This document shows positions 61,201 through 64,000 of a stretch of 64,000 nt of DNA, piece by piece. The position numbers and the translations under genes were made by a program. Below the pieces are notes generated by a model. That model ran no database searches, was not told the DNA's origin, and worked only from the letters and a program-made list of their open reading frames with translations. The stretch is taken from NCBI GenBank assembly GCA_051362555.1, contig CM120649.1, positions 13,020,001-13,084,000 on the forward strand. The letters run 5' to 3'. How positions within the stretch are numbered: the first letter of the stretch is position 1; each line of letters starts with the position of its first letter. Source of the DNA: Lingula anatina. Taxonomy: Eukaryota; Animalia; Brachiopoda.

Positions 61201-64000
61201 AGTTTAAGGAACCCATTGGTGGGAAACTTGCTCAGAAACCACGTACAGCATACAGACTTGGGTTTATATTTGTATATAAAGGAAAAAGAGAATGGGGCAT
61301 AATATATCTTTTTCCCCCCAGAAGAGCAGCATGCGTTGTTCTTACAAAGAGCTGGTTTCCGTGAAGCTCTGCCAGTATGGCCTGGTGTTCCTTGGAGCTG
61401 CGTTTTACCGTTGCCTTCTTCAGCTGCTCTATCTACAATGATTCAGGCTTAGTTCTCCACTGAGAGAAGTTATGGTTACACACATGAAGCTACAAATGCT
61501 CTCTCTCTCTCTCTCTCATATATACAGTGATACATACCCAAATTCATTGAGACAGAGAGCAAAAAACACAAGACATACACACGAAAAAGTGTGCACTCCT
61601 ACAAGCTCTCTCTCTCTCTCTCTCACACTCACTCACACATACACAGACACATTCAAACAGTGATAATCAAATATCTAAAGGAGTAAACAACAACAACAAC
61701 AAGGAATAAACAAACAAAACATCACAGCATGATTTCACTGCTCAGTATAGATCTGAATAACGCCAGCATGCCTGTCACTTACATCTCGCCTTTTGAGCTG
61801 TGGATTGACTTTTGGCTGACGGACGTCTTCCGAGGATTGTGTGCTGTCCACCTAGAACACAGAGCCCTCTATAGTCAAAACTGCCAACAAATCAGTGAGA
61901 CAATATCGTGCTTCAGCGAGTATATATATATGCCCATAGTGCAGTGTAGGCTATATATGGAAGCTATGGATATATTCATTCCCAAGGCAGGTAGTGAGTG
62001 TCATGCAAGCAGTGTTTCTATCCCATAGTTATCATATGTGTATATATATGAATGGATATAATATACCCTGTTGCATGAAAACCAGGTGTGGATATATACA
62101 GTACATGCAAACTGTCAGTGCCACCAAGTGCTGCCATCTATGGGCTTGTTCCATGCAATGCAGGGAAAATAGGATACTGTGCTCCTACCCATGTTAGTAT
62201 TAGCACGACTGCTAAATATGCATAATATACAAGATGCTGCAAGATTTATCCATTTGTTAGAGTACTTCATAACAATCCAGACTTCTCAAACTTTGTCTGA
62301 GTCATCACTAGGTGATAGTGATTTTTTTTGGCGTAAAAATGCTGTATTTATTTAATGCTGTATGATATATATTTATACAAGCCCACTTAATCTCAGTCTG
62401 ACTCAAGCACATGCCTCAGCAGATGCAGGACCTGCTACCCAAGGCTCTAAAGCAATCCCTCCACGTTCTTTCAAAATATGCATTCAATCCTCAAACCCCA
62501 CCTTCCAAAAGCAGAATTCTAATATCCATGATACTAGTAATAAACAACGTAATCAATTTATTCCTGTTGCAAATTCATATGATATAAGTGCCAACAAAGC
62601 TCATGCTTCAGTTTCTTATGCAAAAAGCGATCCCTGCATGCCTATCATATTTAGCAGACTGAGAGAGAAATAAAGTTCATCCTGGCTCCCAAAAAGCAAT
62701 AAATACTCTTCCTGCCATCTGAAAATCTGCTGATGACAGCATCCAACTACTCAAAGCAAGACCTGATCTTATGCTAAATTCAGCAGCAAGGTTGAACAGC
62801 ATTTTACTTGTGTAGTGTACATATTTATTGACAACAGTTTTCTACGTTTGATAACACCAACACAATTCACAATACGAACCAATATTTAGAATCTTTACAA
62901 TATAAATGCTTAAAATATATACATACTGATAATACATATAAAGACATTACAATGATTACATCCATTTTCTACCCAAACTTACTCTACTTTTACCACCACT
63001 TTGTTTGAGATCTTTTTTATTGGATCTATGCCCTTCTTTGTCACTTGATAACCTGTTGTCCTGAAATAATGTGACAAATTGGTGAAATCATAGAACATAA
63101 CAGCTCTTGTATCTTCCTGGTTTATCAGCACATACATGTACCCTAGAGTAGAAAGGAAAGAAGGGAAAATTGAAGGTTTTCAAAACGACTGGTAAACTGT
63201 GCCACTACATATTTAGATACATATCAAATATGGCTGTCAAATCCAAGATGGAAGAGATGATTGGTGTGTAAGTTCTGAAAATTAAGCCCTTTGTGTCACA
63301 AACAAAATAACAATAAATAAATATATAAACTTCATATCTTGTAATTTCTTTTCATTAAAAAAATGAAAACTCTTATGTCTTAAATTGCCCTAACAAAGAA
63401 TATCTCAATACACGGCCTTCATATTCCACTGATCTCCAAACTATAACCTAACATAACCCTACTTCTATATTCCACCAAATGCATTTCAAAAGAAACTATT
63501 AAGATACGAAAATTCTTATAACCCACTTAATATATCAAAACTGCAATCCTAGCAAATATCAGGAAAATGGATGTACCTCATTCAAGCCACATGGATAGTT
63601 CTTTAAAATTGTTCACAAGCAAGCAACAGAAGGAAGAAGAAATGTTAGAATACTGCAAGTAACAGCCTTGTCCATCTGAATATATGTTATCAGACAACAT
63701 TTTTTGCATCCGCTGAAGAAGTGCTGACTGTATCCTTTGGTGGTTATTAGTATTTGGTGAAAAAATGTATTAAATAAATGAATAAATAAATAAACAATAA
63801 CAGTTAGTCTTCTATGACAGCTTATTAAAAAAAAAAAAGATGGCTTCCAGCCTGATGTTAAGTTGTTGGTCCCATCACCTGCACACATTCCATATATTAA
63901 CTTACAATCTCTGAGTGTAGTCTTCTCAAAATTGCCATGGATTTGTTCATGACTGGGCCCTCTTTATCATGCACTTTAAGAAGAGTCACATGTTGGCCCT
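49184..64000 (-). CDS. STK24/STK25/STK26: GCK-III serine/threonine kinase (STK24/25/26-like), 3' portion; kinase domain inferred to lie beyond the window
   Basis: Terminal exons 50356-50231 (…PTSSLTTVIYPLMQD), 49856-49663 (LRERH…AIDELRKAFDHVERSSPGITDILVSEVVQRL…) and 49196-49184 (RAT*) match the GCK-III C-terminal PDCD10/CCM3-binding dimerisation domain. Candidate linker exons: >64000-63906, 63060-62983, 61851-61783, 61432-61346, 60399-59785, 59168-59145, 58333-58295, 55568-55497, 53783-53688, 53022-52912, 52237-52088. The 3'UTR probably runs to AATAAA at ~46480. Confidence 0.75.
55168..55221. repeat. (TA)n microsatellite
   Basis: Direct observation. Confidence 0.95.
55937..57540. mobile_element. 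Non-autonomous TTAA-targeting DNA transposon (Kolobok-like) in a kinase intron
   Basis: Perfect 17-bp TIRs GGTAGATCGGTCGTTAC / GTAACGACCGATCTACC with TTAA on both sides. The GG termini fit Kolobok rather than piggyBac (CCC). About three ~200-bp internal tandem repeats at 55960-56600. Confidence 0.85.
59785..60399 (-). CDS. Large Ser/acidic-rich linker exon (205 codons) of the GCK-III gene
   Basis: Acceptor catccAG|CGA, open frame RKRSFANPEG...AESNKN, donor GTAGGT; overlaps ORF 59743-60279. Confidence 0.6.

Overview
AT-rich, intron-containing animal genomic DNA, most likely a marine invertebrate; the phylum cannot be fixed from sequence alone. I traced splice sites by hand and support eight protein-coding genes. 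(1) A plus-strand Roco (MFHAS1-like) LRR-ROC-COR gene whose C-terminal CARD-like domain sits on a separate exon (520-4071). (2) A 4-exon uncharacterised minus-strand gene mostly invisible in the ORF track (6537-9768). (3) A 2-exon LRR-only protein (13113-15928, minus). (4) A 9-exon mitochondrial-clan cytochrome P450 with an altered I-helix catalytic pair (21978-26847, minus). (5-7) Three tandem paralogues encoding secreted Pro/Arg-rich repeat proteins: signal peptide, acidic-RR leader, 9-aa PRPPRPSGE units, CxxC units and a C-terminal ...IFG (30195-44469, minus). (8) The 3' part of a GCK-III kinase gene (STK24/25/26-like) with a long chain of phase-0 linker exons (49184 to beyond 64000, minus). 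Mobile DNA includes two copies of a Harbinger-type MITE, a deleted pogo-like element with a PHD relic, a Helentron-type HINE and a TTAA-flanked Kolobok-like element. The best candidate for an undescribed system is the expanding Pro/Arg-rich secreted protein cluster, with its chimeric middle copy and conserved upstream motifs. No database search was possible, so family assignments rest on recalled motifs.
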